A stretch of DNA of 64,000 bases from Octopus sinensis (GCF_006345805.1 NC_042997.1:193378001-193442000); one strand, 5' to 3'; shown: positions 47,940 to 60,911, numbered from the stretch's first letter. The notes: a model not told the origin generated them from the letters alone. Numbers and translations are program-made.

Positions 47940-48100
47940 CAGTAGCGTAGCTGGGGTGGGGTGTGTGTGCATTTTGGGCCGCACTTTTAAAGAGGCACCA
48001 CCTTTGAGTCTGCTGTAGATAATGTTTTTTTTTTGTGATGGTCCGGGGGCAGCAAACAGAAAGGCATCCCCGGGCAGCACAGGTTCTAGCTACGCTAGTG
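47940..48100. mobile_element. hAT-like MITE in the DCTD 3' flank
   Basis: CAGTAGCGTAGCT..AGCTACGCTAGTG termini with an imperfect CCAATA(CG/TT) duplication. Complete again at 55325-55485; truncated at about 58450 and 62360. Confidence 0.7.
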
Positions 48101-48359
48101 CCAATATTCCCTCTAACTCCATCTAATAAAAAGTTATCCGACTTCCACCCAGGATGTTGCGTCATCTCACTAGCTTTTCTACTACATACCCACTATTCAC
48201 TGGAGCTGGTTGATCTCATACCTATTCTACTCAGGATCACCCGACTCCCTCTACCCTCTCGTCTCTTATTCATTTGCATAAAACACTACACCTGATCCTT
48301 CTGAGACGTTAACTCTTGGAATATCTTTTCTGGAGTTGTTCAAGAACATCAGTTACATC

Positions 48360-48687
48360 GGTTCTACTACCGAACTGTGTCCCGGTGCGCGCACTCGCAC
48401 ACTCACGCTAGCAAGTCGTAAGTAGTCGATCCTACAACGACTTTTTAACCCTAACCTTAACCCTAATTTTTTAACCCTAAACCCAACCCTAACTCTAACC
48501 TTAGTTTGTTTATAAAAATAATTTATTTACTTAGTTTAAAAAATTATTTATTTTGTTCGAAAAATATTATTTAATTTTCTTTGATATGTATTCAGCCTTG
48601 AAATACAAACATATGCGCAAGTCGTTGTAGGATCGACTACTTACGACTAGCTAGCGCGCACCCGCACCACTGTTCGCTAGTAGTACC
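48360..48687. mobile_element. GGTA/9-bp-TSD MITE with CCCTAA repeats
   Basis: Inverted copy of 6304-6652; TSD AGTTACATC at 48351-48359 and 48688-48696. Confidence 0.9.
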
Positions 48688-49177
48688 AGTTACATCAACT
48701 CAAACAGTTTCGGAGTTGCCTACGAAAGGTCACCAGTGCAGACCCTCACAGGTCAAACCAAACCATAAAAAAAAAATTAGTTCTATTAGGTTAATTATGT
48801 GTTAATTTCCTTAGTTTTCATTATGTTAGTCCCTGAAATAATTGTGCCTATTTTTAATGTTTTATTCTTGTTTTTTTTCCGTTTAATTCTTAGATTATTC
48901 ACATTGTAGTCTTTGTTTAATTTTCAAGTTTATTTGAATTTTATTCTTTATTTTAAAAAACTATTCATTCAAATCTTGATAAGCATGTTATTGTCTAAAT
49001 TTTTCAACCATAGTTTCAAATTCCACTAATTCTCGGAATTTCCTCATGAATATTTTATTCATAATCTATGTTGTACACACCCCCAAACTGTCAACGTCAG
49101 ATGACCCAAATAAAGCAGAGGAAACAAGCAATGGAATTATTTCTATTCATATCCTAAAAGATACAGAATATCTCTGT

Positions 49178-49432
49178 CAGTGGTTCACAACTGGGATTTA
49201 TATGGACCCTGAGGGGGTCCATGTAAGGTTTTGTTGCTAAAATTTTCATCTACATTAAATTGGTTCTATTTGTTCAACACACAAAATATTTTAGTTTTTT
49301 TTTAATAGAATTCTTCATAATATTATAAAAGTATAATAGGATTTCTTTAAACGACGAACGGCTATGGGCGATTCACCTGTGTAAAATGGGAATCAAAGGG
49401 GTCAATAGGTGAAAAGTGGTTGAGAATCACTG
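49178..49432. mobile_element. hAT (Charlie-like) MITE in the array spacer
   Basis: CAGTGG..CACTG termini; TSD ATCT(C/A)TGT. Repeated in the other spacers. Confidence 0.85.
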
Positions 49433-49459
49433 ATCTATGTAATTAAAGTCTTAAAGTTT

Positions 49460-49608
49460 GGATCTTATCACTTTGACCGGCAGATTTTTAAAATAATTAC
49501 TTTGAGAAAAAGATGTTTTATGTAACACACTACCAATATATGAAGTTTGAAAGTGTTCAGTTACAAAGAAATTATTTAAAATATCTACTGGTCAAAGTGA
49601 AAAGATCT
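49460..49608. mobile_element. GGATCT-family MITE (internally deleted here; about 286-bp palindromic form at 51217-51502 and in later spacers)
   Basis: 8-bp TSD TAAAGTTT on both sides; TIR GGATCTT(A/T)TCA..TGAAAAGATCT. Confidence 0.85.
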
Positions 49609-50573
49609 TAAAGTTTTAACTGTGAGAGCAAATGAAATAATATCAGGTATCATATAAAAGTGATATATAACAAATGTCTAATACTATGAAATATAAAAAT
49701 TAAAAAGTATTGTTTGGAATATGCAATCTTTATAATGTAGTCAGTTGTTCTGTTGATTTATATTTTTCTATCTTGAAATAAATATGTTATCAATTCTTAA
49801 TGTTTTTCTAACTTTACTAATGAACTATCCTCAAAAATTTCATATTCTTACTTCTTCATAACATTTCATTGAAGATATTTTTCTGTGAAATTCACCTGTT
49901 GCAGCCAGAAGTCATATTGTATTTTCCAGCATATATATTTCTTTACTGCCCACAAAGGGCTAAACATAGAGGGGACAAACAAGGACAGACAAAGGGATTA
50001 AATCGATTACACCGACCGCAGTGCGTAAACTGGTAGTTTATTTATCGACCCCGAAAGGATGAAAGGCAAAATCGACCTTGGCGTAATTTGAACTCAGAAC
50101 GTAACGACAGTCAAAATACAGCTAAGCATTTTGCCCAGTGCGCTAACGTTTCTGCCAGCTCGCTGCCTTTTCAATTTTTCCAGCCTATATGTTAACACTA
50201 TATATTGTATAAACATGTAGTGTAAAACATTCAGACATCATCATTATCTTCCCATATCCTGTTATACATTCTTTCGCCATTGCCACAAGAATGATGAAAA
50301 TAGCTCTTCCTTCCCATTTGAAGGAAGGAGGCGTGACAATATTGACGATAGACTCGGCTGATAAACCGACTCGCCCCACACGCGACAGCAGTCGTTCGAC
50401 ATAGATAGATAGAGATAGAAAGATAGATAGATAGACAGTGGGTGGCACAAAATGTAAGGGACGTAAATACCGCTATAAGCAAGGGAGATAACTAGAAACA
50501 TATTTGCGTTTCTCATAAGTCGAGGAAGTAATCTGTAAATATTTCCCGCAAAATCTTACGTATTTGATTCACT

Positions 50574-51062
50574 ATGGCAGAAGGTACTTCTGTTAAGGGT
50601 GTTGCATCAAGCAGGTCTAATAAGCGGCAAGGTTACCTTGAATGGGATGATTACTTCATGTCTTTCCCCTCTGCTCAACGTAGCAAAGACCCAAGAACTC
50701 AGGTAGGAGCTTGTATTGTTAACGAAGATCGACGTATTGTTGGCATCGGATATAACGGTATGCCACGTGGTTGTAGTGACGATGATTTTCGTTGGTGCAA
50801 TGAAGGTGTCACTGAGCTAGATAACAAAAATGTCTGCGTATGTCATGCTGGGCTTAATGCTATTCTCAATAAGAATTCTGCAGACGTTCGCAATTGCACT
50901 ATGTATGCTGCTTTGTTTCCTTGCAATGAATGTGCTGAAGTCATTATACAGTCTGGAATTAAAGAAGTCATATACTATTCGGATAAATATGAGGACAAAA
51001 TTACCTCTACATTAAATTGGTTCTATTTGTACAATACACAAAATATTTTAGTTTTGTTTTAA
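50574..51062 (+). pseudogene. DCTD: dCMP deaminase copy 2 (B type, HAG, 6-bp in-frame deletion, 3' end deleted)
   Basis: CHAGLNAI lacks the catalytic Glu; YFMS--FPS deletion. After TCTA (51006-51009) the sequence jumps into the spacer hAT MITE. Confidence 0.85.
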
Positions 51063-52439
51063 TACAATTCTTCATAATATTATAAAAGTATAATAGGATT
51101 TCTTTAAACGACGAACGGCTATGGGTGATTCAGCTGTGTAAATTGGGAATCAAAGGGGGCCATAGGTGAAAAGTGGTTGAGAACCACTTATCTATGTAAT
51201 TAAAGTCTTAAAGTTTGGATCTTTTCAGTTTGACCGGCAGATTTTTAAAATAATTTCTTTGTAAGTAAATACTTTAAAACTTTGTATACTGGTAGAATGT
51301 GTTACATAAAACATCTTCTCATGGTTTTCTTGAGAAAATTCTGTAGTTTGTAACAACAAATAGCTTACAAACTACAGAATTTTCTCAAGAAAGCCAAGAG
51401 AAAAAGATGTTTTATGTAACACACTACCAATATATGAAGTTTGAAAGTGTTCAGTTACAAAGAAATTATTTTAAAAATCTACTGGTCAAAGTGAAAAGAT
51501 CTTAAAGTTTTAACTGTGAGAGCAAATGAAATAATATCAGGTATCATATAAAAGTGATATATAACAAATGTCTAATACTATGAAATATAAAAATTAAAAA
51601 AATATTGTTTGGAATATGCAATCTTTATAATGTAGTCAGTTGTTCTGTTGATTTATATTTTTCTATCTTGAAATAAATATGTTATGAATTCTTAATGTTT
51701 TTCTAACTTTACTGATGAACTATCCTCAAAAATTTCATATTCTTACTTCTTCATAACATTTCATTGAAGATATTTTTCTGTGAAATTCACCTGTTGCAGC
51801 CAGAAGTCATATTGTATTTTCCAGCATATATATTTCTTTACTGCCCACAAGGGGCTAAACATAGAGGGGACAGACAAAGGGATTAAGTTGATTACATCGA
51901 CCGCAGTGCGTTAACTGGTAGTTTATTTATCGACCCCGAAAGGATGAAAGGCAAAATCGACCTTGGCGTAATTTGAACTCAGAACGTAACGACAGACAAA
52001 ATACCTATTTCTTTACTACCCACAAGGGGCTAAACACAGAGAGGACAAAGAAGGACAGACAAACGGATTAAGTCGATTATATCGACCCCAGTGCGTAACT
52101 AGTACTTATTTAATCAACCCCGAAAGGATGAAAAGCAATGTCAACCTCGGCGGAATTTGATCTCAGAATGTAATGACTGTCAAAATACAGCTAAGCATTT
52201 TGCCCAGCATGCTAACGTTTCTGCCAGCTCGCTGCCTTTTCAATTTTTCCAGCATATATGTTAACACAATATATTGTATAAACATGTAGTGTAAAACATT
52301 CAGACATCATCATTATCTTCCCATATCCTGTTGTATTTCACATAAAAATTTTGGTCCTCCAAAGTCGCCTTTGTGTATAAATTAGCCTAACTATTTTGGT
52401 TGTAAACTTTGGTTTTAAAAATTTGATTTTTATGCTGGA

Positions 52440-53625
52440 AAATGCAGGTGAGTTGAAATTGAAAATACATTGACTTTGCTAAGGCTTTCAACTCTGTGCC
52501 ACACAAAAGGCTTATGGTGAAACTCTCTGCAATAGGTGTGGGGGATGACCTTTTTAACTGGTTGAAATCCTTCATCCTCAGCCGAAAGGAGGTAGTCACA
52601 GTTCTAGGACAGCACTCTACACCATATGAGATGTCATCGGGTGTACCACAGGGATCTGTCCTTGGTCCCCTCCTGTTTGTGGCATACATTAATGACATAG
52701 ATGCCAATTTAAAGAATGCCACAGTATTGAAATATACAGACGACATCAAGCTGTACCTTGAAATCAAGAGGACTGATCCTGATGTCTACAACTCTTTCCT
52801 GCAATCAGACCTACACAATGCAGCAATGGATCACAGACTGGCAACTGAAACTGGCTGTGGACAAGTGTACCACCATGCATTTTGGGAGAAAAAACCCTGC
52901 GTCCACATACTCCCTCCACAACACTGATATCAAGAAATCCTCTTGCGAGCGTGACCTAGGCATCACTGTCAGCAGTGATTTGCGTTGGACAAAGCATATC
53001 TCTAAAATTGTCAAGAAGGCCGAGGGTGTCTTGGCATCACTCAGCAAGACTTTTGTTAGCCGCTCTCCAGCCATCTATTTAAAACTGTATACAGCTATGG
53101 TACGACCACACTTGGAATTCGCATCATCAGTTTGGAATCCCTATCTTGCTCAGAACCTTGACCTCCTGGAATCTGTCCAGAGACGTGCAACCAAACGCAT
53201 ACCCTCCATCAGACACCTACCATATTCTGAGCGCATTGTTTCCCTGGGCATGGATTCACTGGAGCTCCGGCGTCTAGCGACGGACTTGGTAAACACCCAC
53301 AAGGTTATCAACCACCTCACCAACAACAACACTGAACACCTTTTTGATCTCCATGTGTCTAACACACGTGGACATGCCTACAAAGTCAGAAAACAGCACA
53401 GCTCCCATGACTTTCGGAAACATTTTTTCACGCTCAGGGTTGCTGAAGCGTGGAATAAACTGCCTGCATCAGTTGTTGACTGCCATGACACTGCATCCTT
53501 TAAGGCCCTCATGCTTCCCGAAATCCGTCGAAACTACACCTGATTATATATACACTTTAGATGAGTTGTAGTGCACCTGAGCACTGTACACAATTATTAT
53601 TATTATTATTATTATTATTATTTTT
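52440..53625 (+). mobile_element. 5'-truncated CR1-clade LINE with RT domain
   Basis: DFAKAFNSVPH..SGVPQGSVLGPLLF..YINDI..KYTDDIKL, then ERDLGI..VRPHLEF..VQRRATK..RGHAYK; frameshift near 52810; (ATT)n tail. Confidence 0.95.
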
Positions 53626-54481
53626 ATTTTGTTTTCATGACACTGACAAAGCTTGCAAAGGCTAAAGGTATTGTATAATTTCTTCTCTGATTAGGTCATC
53701 ATTATCATCATCATTTAATGTCCCTTTACCATGCTAGCATGGGTTGGACGGTTCAACCGGGGTCTGGTAAGCCATGCAGGCTGCACCAGGCTCCAGTCTA
53801 ATTTGGCAGTGTTTCTACAGCTGGATGCCCTTTGTAATGCCAACCACTACGTGAGTGTAGTGGGTGTTTTTTACGTGCCACCAGCACAGGAGCCAGAGCA
53901 GGCTGGCAAACGGCTACGATCAGTTGGTGCTTTTATGTGTCACCGATATGGACGCCAGTCAGGCGGCACTGGCATCTGCCAAGTTCGGATGGTGCTTTTT
54001 ATGTGTCACTGGCATGGGTTACCACATTTGTTTGCAAATAGGTAACCCTCTGTTTTAAATTTTTTCGGGTTCATAGAATTATGCTCAAGGTGTTTTCGTC
54101 ATTCATACGTGCCATCCTTACTACATTCACCCATCTCTTTTGAAGAAGTTGATGAGAAATTGACCAGAGAGGAAAGTGTTTGTTCACTAGATACATTCTT
54201 TCGCCATAGCCACAAGAATGATGAAAATAGCTCTTCCTTCCCGTTTAAAGGAAGGAGGCGTGACAATATTGACGATAGACTCGGCTGATAAACCGACACG
54301 TCCCACATGTGACAGCAGTCGTTCAACATAGATAGATAGATAGTGGGTGGCACAAAATGTAAGGGACATAAATAGCGCTATATAAGCAAGGTAAATAACT
54401 AGAAACACATTTGCGTTTCTAATAAGCTTGAGGACGTAAGTGGTAAATATTTTCGGCAAAGTCTTACGTATTTGAATCACT

Positions 54482-55045
54482 ATGGCAGAAGGTACTTCTG
54501 TTAACGGTGTTGCATCAAGCATGTCTAATAAGCGGCAAGGTTACCTTGAATGGGATGATTACTTCATGTCAGTGGCTTTCCTCTCTGCTCAACGTAGCAA
54601 AGACCCAAGAACTCAGGTAGGAGCTTGTATTGTTAACGAAGATCGACGTATTGTTGGCGTCGGATATAACGGTATGCCTCGTGGTTGTAGTGACGATGAT
54701 TTTCCTTGGTGCAATGAAGGTGTCACTGAGCTAGAAAAGAAAAATCTCTACGTATGTCATGCTGAGCTTAATGCAATTCTCAATAAGAATTCTGCAGACG
54801 TTCGCAATTACACTATATATGTTGGTTTGTTTCCTTGCAATGAATGTGCTAAAGTCATTATACAGTCTGGAATTAAAGAAGTCATATACTATTCGGATAA
54901 ATATGAGGACAAAATTACCTCTAAAGCTTCTCGAATTATGTTGGATCATGCTAAAATAAAATATCGCCAGTATCAACCTACAAACGGACAAATTGTTATA
55001 GATTTTACTTCATTAGATGAAATGAAAGACCGGATTATAAGTTAA
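54482..55045 (+). CDS. DCTD: dCMP deaminase copy 3 (A type, HAE intact; TCA>TAA shortens C-terminus by 11 aa)
   Basis: CHAELNAI and PCNECAK intact; intronless. Confidence 0.9.
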   Translation: MAEGTSVNGVASSMSNKRQGYLEWDDYFMSVAFLSAQRSKDPRTQVGACIVNEDRRIVGVGYNGMPRGCSDDDFPWCNEGVTELEKKNLYVCHAELNAILNKNSADVRNYTIYVGLFPCNECAKVIIQSGIKEVIYYSDKYEDKITSKASRIMLDHAKIKYRQYQPTNGQIVIDFTSLDEMKDRIIS

Positions 55046-57609
55046 GTTTCGTCCCTTCTTTCTGAACTTTCACTTTAGTCAGATGCGAACATAAACATTT
55101 GGAATTCATTATATTGCCAACATTGCCTTTTCATAATGATATCCTGTTATATTTTCTAGCTAAAATTAATGGAACTGGTGAAGATTTTCTAATTTTTATA
55201 TGAAATATTAACTGCTGTATTTTTAACGAAAATGTTTATTCCATTTTGTTTTCGTTTGTGTGTACATAATATTTTAACTGCCTCTTTCTAAGAAAAGGAA
55301 ACTATCCACATTTGTTCCAATACGCAGTAGCGTAGCTGGGGTGGGGTGTGTGTGCATTTTGGGCTGCACTTTTAAAGAGGCACCACCTTTGAGTCTGCTG
55401 TAGATAATGTTTTTTTTTTGTGATGGTCCGGGGGCAGCAAACAGAAAGGCATCCCCGGGCAGCACAGATTCTAGCTACGCTAGTGCCAATTTTCTTCTAA
55501 CTCCATCTAATAAAAAGTTATCCGACTTCCACCCAGGATGTTGCGTCTTCTCACTAGCCTTCCTACTACATACCGACTATTCACTGGAGCTGGTTGATGT
55601 CATACCTATTCTACTCAGGATCACCCGACTCCATCTACCCTCTCGTCTCTTATTCAAGAAAGTAGCACGGATATTGTGTGTGGACGGAACCGCATGAATG
55701 CAAAACAGGATGAAACCCAGGTATCAGTGTGGAGGCGGGGCTCGTGGGGTCCAAGCTAAACCTGTCCCTCCACTCCATCTGTAATGTTTTCCAGTCTGTA
55801 TTAGCATTCGATTTCTCCGATTTCATTATATGTTTGTAATTATGTGTAAATTTTTAATTTCATCCTTTGTGTAAAATCATTCGTGAATCTGACCCCAAAT
55901 CAGGTTCTTTGTTCGCCCCTTGTGGGTACTAAAAAAACAGGTATGTATGTGTGTGTGTGTGTGTGTTCCCCCCACTCCTCTGCTTGACAACTATGTTTGG
56001 TGAGTTTACATCCCCATAACTTAGTGGTTCAGCAAAAGAGACTGAAGCGATATATACTCAGCTTAAGAAAAAAATTCCTGAGGCTAAAATTCTTCAAAGT
56101 GTATTCCATCATGGCTGCAGTCTAATGATTAAAACAAGTAAAAAATAAGACATAAGTATGTACACACATACGAAATAAGGTCAAAAATTATCTGCACTCT
56201 TGCCATAACAAATCTTTATTGTTGTGACACTGCCTTCAGTGCATGCATACTTATAGTTGGTACTATTTTGGTGACGTGATCAAAGTTTGAGTCTGATTGG
56301 GCCATTTTTCTTTCTGGCATCACAGTGTAAGCATAGTCACTCCACTAGCAATGAGCACCAAAGAATAACAAAGAGCAGTGATCTGAGAGATGGTAATGGT
56401 ATGGTCAGAGGACACAGACTAAACCGTGTATAAATACATTACTGCCGTTTGCTTTTAGAGTGTTCTTCTTTTTTCGGATATCTGATAGATTGACAATATA
56501 TGTATGTGTGTGCGTCTTTTTTTGTTTCACTGCTCGTGTTTTTTTTTTTACACAATTGTAGTCTAGATGTTCAATAAAATGATACTGATAGAATAAATCC
56601 TAGGCACAAAAGTATTTACTAGGATTGATGTCATTGACCAACCCTCAAGGCATTGCCCCAGTATGGCCGCAGTCCAGTGACTGGCACAAGTAAAAAAAAT
56701 TAAATAACGAAATTCATATTAAATTTGTAAATTGACTTCTATTTCCTAGAATCATCACAATTTTGAATATAGACAGACAGGCAGATAGAAAGATAGATAG
56801 ATAGATATGTTTCTTTGTTAGCCACACAGGGCTGCACACAGACGGGACAGATTACAAAGTAGAGCTTTTTTGGTGGGGAGGAAAAAAGTGGGGGTAGGTT
56901 TGCGATCAAAAGGGATTGTGAAAGGGAAGGAAAGAAAAAAAGGGGAAAAAAAGAACGATCAATAGGGATCGTGTATCACAGAAATGTCATGATGTAAAGT
57001 GTAAAGGGGGAAGCAGATAAGGTTTATCCGTGGAAAGAAAAGCCTACGGAAAAGACCACGGTAACTTCGGTCAATAATGTTACATGTTACCACATTTGTT
57101 TGCAAGTAGGTAACCCTCTGTTTTAAATTTTTTCGGGTTCATAGAATTATGCTCAAGGCGGTTTCGTCATTCATACGTGCCATCCTTGCTACATTCACCC
57201 ATCTCTTTTGAAACATTCGCTAGACAAAACTTGCCTCTCTACTCTCACTTTCCTTTTCAAGTGATACTTGAAGAAGTTGATGAGAGATTGACCAGAGAGG
57301 AAAGTGTTTGTTCACTAGATACTTTCTTTCGCCATAGCCACAAGAATGATGAAAATAGCTCTTCCTTCCCGTTTAAAGGAAGGAGGCGTGACAATATTGA
57401 CGATAGACTCGGCTGATAAACCGACATGTCCCACATGTGACAGCAGTCGTTCGACATAGATAGATAGATAGTGGGTGGCACAAAATGTAAGTGACATAAA
57501 TAGCGCTATATAAGCAAGGTAAATAACTAGAAACACATTTGCGTATCTAATAAGCTTGAGGACGTAAGTGGTAAATATTTTCGGCAAAGTCTTACGTATT
57601 TGAATCACT

Positions 57610-58206
57610 ATGGCAGAAGGTACTTCTGTTAACAGTGTTGCATCAAGCATGTCTAATAAGCGGCAAGGTTACCTTGAATGGGATGATTACTTCATGTCAG
57701 TGGCTTTCCTCTCTGCTCAACGTAGCAAAGACCCAAGAACTCAGGTAGGAGCTTGTATTGTTAACGAAGATAGACGTATTGTTGGCATCGGATATAACGG
57801 TATGCCTCGTGATTGTAGTGACGATGATTTTCCTTGGTGCAATGAAGGTGTCACTGAGCTAGAAAACAAAAATCACTACGTATGTCATGCTGAGCTTAAT
57901 GCAATTCTCAATAAGAATTCTGCAGACGTTCGCAATTGCACTATATATGTTGGTTTGTTTCCTTGCAATGAATGTACTAAAGTCATTATACAGTCTGGAA
58001 TTAAAGAAGTCATATACTATTCGGATAAATATAAGGACCAAATTACCTCTAAAGCTTCTCGAATTATGTTGGATCATGCTAAAATAAAACATCGCCAGTA
58101 TCAACCTACAAACGGAAAAATTGTTATAGATTTTACTTCATTAGATGAAATGAAAGACCGGATTATAAGTTCAGTTTTGTCCCCCATTTCTGAATTTTCA
58201 CTTTAG
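57610..58206 (+). CDS. DCTD: dCMP deaminase copy 4 (A type, full length 198 aa, HAE intact)
   Basis: All motifs intact; intronless; upstream 56405-57609 duplicates 45888-47096. Confidence 0.92.
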   Translation: MAEGTSVNSVASSMSNKRQGYLEWDDYFMSVAFLSAQRSKDPRTQVGACIVNEDRRIVGIGYNGMPRDCSDDDFPWCNEGVTELENKNHYVCHAELNAILNKNSADVRNCTIYVGLFPCNECTKVIIQSGIKEVIYYSDKYKDQITSKASRIMLDHAKIKHRQYQPTNGKIVIDFTSLDEMKDRIISSVLSPISEFSL

Positions 58207-60332
58207 TCAGATGCGAACATAAACACTTGGAATTCATTATATTGCCAACATTGCCTTTTCATAATGATATCCTGTTATATTTTCTAGCTAAAATTAATGG
58301 AACTGGTGAAGATTTTCTAATTTTTATATGAAATATTAACTGCTGTATTTTTAACGAAAATTTTTATTCCATTTTGTTTTCGTTTGTGTGTACATAAAAT
58401 TTTAACTGCCTCTTTCTAAGAAAATGAAACTATCCACATTTGCTCCAATACGCTGTAGCGTAGATGGGGTGGGGTGTGTGTGCATTTTGGGCCACACTTT
58501 TAAATTCTTAGATTATTCACATTGTAGTCTTTGTTTAACTTTCAAGTTTATTTGAATTTTATTCTTTATTTTAAAAATTATTCATTCAAATCTTGATAAG
58601 CATGTTATTGTTTGAATTTTTCAACCATAGTTTGAAATTCCACTAATTCTCAGAATTTCCTTAAGAACATTTTATTCATAATCTATGTTGTACACACCCC
58701 CAAACTGTCAACGTCAGATGACCCAGATAAAGCAGAGGAAACAAGCAATGGAATTATTTCTATTCATATCCTAAAAGATACAGAATATCTCTGTCAGTGG
58801 TTCACAACTGGGATTTATATGGACCCTGAGGGGGACCATGTAAGGTTTTGTTGCTAAAATTTTCATCTACATTAAATTGGTTCTATTTGTACAATACACA
58901 AAATATTTTAGTTTTGTTTTAATACAATTCTTCATAATATTATAAAAGTATAATAGGATTTCTCTAAATGACGAACGGCTATGGGTGATTCACCTGTGTA
59001 AAATGGGAATGAAAGGGGGCCATAGGTGAAAAGTGGTTGAGAACCACTTATCTATGTAATTAAAGTCTTAAAGTTTGGATCTTTTCAGTTTGACCGGCAG
59101 ATTTTTAAAATAATTTCTTTGTAAGTAAATACTTTAAAACTTTGTATACTGGTAGAATGTGTTACATAAAACATCTTCTCATGGTTTTCTTGAGAAAATT
59201 CTGTAGTTTGTAACAACAAATAGCTTACAAACTACAGAATTTTCTCAAGAAAGCCAAGAGAAAAAGATGTTTTATGTAACACACTACCAGTATATGAAGT
59301 TTGAAAGTGTTTAGTTACAAAGAAATTATTTAAAATATCTACTGGTCAAAGTGAAAAGATCTTAAAGTTTTAACTGTGAGAGCAAATGAAATAATATCAG
59401 GTATCATATAAAAGTGATATATAACAAATGTCTTATCCTATGAAATATAAAAATTAAAAAAATATTGTTTGGAATATGCAATCTTTATAATGTAGTCAGT
59501 TGTTCTGTTGATTTATATTTTTCTATCTTGAAATAAATATGTTATCAATTCTTAATGTTTTTCTAACTTTACTAATGAACTATCCTCAAAAATTTCATAT
59601 TCTTACTTCTTCATAACATTTCATTGAAGATATTTTTCTGTGAAATTCACCTGTTGCAGCCAGAAGTCATATTGTATTTTCCAGCATATATATTTCTTTA
59701 CTGCCCACAAGGGGCTAAACATAGAGGGGACAAACAAGGACAGACAAAGGGATTAAATCGATTACACCGACCGCAGTGCGTAAACTGGTAGTTTATTTAT
59801 CGACCCCGAAAGGATGAAAGGCAAAATCGACCTTGGCGTAATTTGAACTCAGAACGTTAAGACAGTCAAAATACAGCTAAGCATTTTGCCCAGTGCGCTA
59901 ACGTTTCTGCCAGCTCGCTGCCCTTTCAATTTTTCCAGCCTATATGTTAACACAATATATTGTATAAACATGTAGTGTAAAACATTCAGACATCATCATT
60001 ATCTTCCCATATCCTGTTGTACATTCTTTCGCCATTGCCACAAGAATGATGAAAATAGCTCTTCCTTCCCATTTGAAGGAAGGAGGCGTGACAATATTGA
60101 CGATGGACTCGGCTGATAAACCGACTCGTCCCACACGCGACAGCAGTCGTTCGACATAGATAGATAGAGATAGAAAGATAGATAGATAGATAGACAGTGG
60201 GTGGCACAAAATGTAAGGGACGTAAATACCGCTATAAGCAAGGGAGATAACTAGAAACATATTTGCGTTTCTCATAAGTCGAGGAAGTAATCTGTAAATA
60301 TTTCCCGCAAAATCTTACGTATTTGATTCACT

Positions 60333-60911
60333 ATGGCAGAAGGTACTTCTGTTAAGGGTGTTGCATCAAGCAGGACTAATAAGCGGCAAGGTTACCTTGA
60401 ATGGGATGATTACTTCATGTCAGTGGCTTTCCTCTCTGCTCAACGTAGCAAAGACCCAAGAACTCAGGTAGGAGCTTGTATTGTTAACGAAGATCGACGT
60501 ATTGTTGGCATCGGATATAACGGTATGCCTCGTGGTTGTAGTGACGATGATTTTCCTTGGTGCAATGAAGGTGTCACTGAGCAAGAAAACAAATATCTCT
60601 ACGTATGTCATGCTGGGCTTAATGCTATTCTCAATAAGAATTCTGCAGACGTTCGCAATTGCACTATGTATGCTGCTTTGTTTCCTTGCAATGAATGTGC
60701 TAAAGTCATTATACAGTCTGGAATTAAAGAAGTCATATACTATTCGGATAAATATAAGGACCAAATTACCTCTAAAGCTTCTCGAATTATGTTGGATCGT
60801 GCTGAAATAAAATATCGCCAGTATCAACCTACAAACGGACAAATTGTTATAGATTTTACTTCATTAGAAGAAAAGAAAGACCGGATTATAAGTTCAGTTT
60901 TGTCCCTGTAG
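60333..60911 (+). CDS. DCTD: dCMP deaminase copy 5 (B type, HAG: predicted catalytically dead but ORF essentially complete)
   Basis: CHAGLNAI with Zn ligands His, Cys, Cys retained. The stop codon comes from the inserted element. Confidence 0.75.
   Translation: MAEGTSVKGVASSRTNKRQGYLEWDDYFMSVAFLSAQRSKDPRTQVGACIVNEDRRIVGIGYNGMPRGCSDDDFPWCNEGVTEQENKYLYVCHAGLNAILNKNSADVRNCTMYAALFPCNECAKVIIQSGIKEVIYYSDKYKDQITSKASRIMLDRAEIKYRQYQPTNGQIVIDFTSLEEKKDRIISSVLSL

Noticed and set aside
48100-48300. Possible gypsy RNase H remnant
   Set aside because: Similarity by eye is too weak to support.
28217-60911. Endogenous giant-virus or bacterial origin for the intronless genes
   Set aside because: The DCTD copies closely follow the animal DCTD sequence pattern, CEBPZ is a eukaryotic nucleolar gene, no viral hallmark genes are present, and genes are separated by host repeats.
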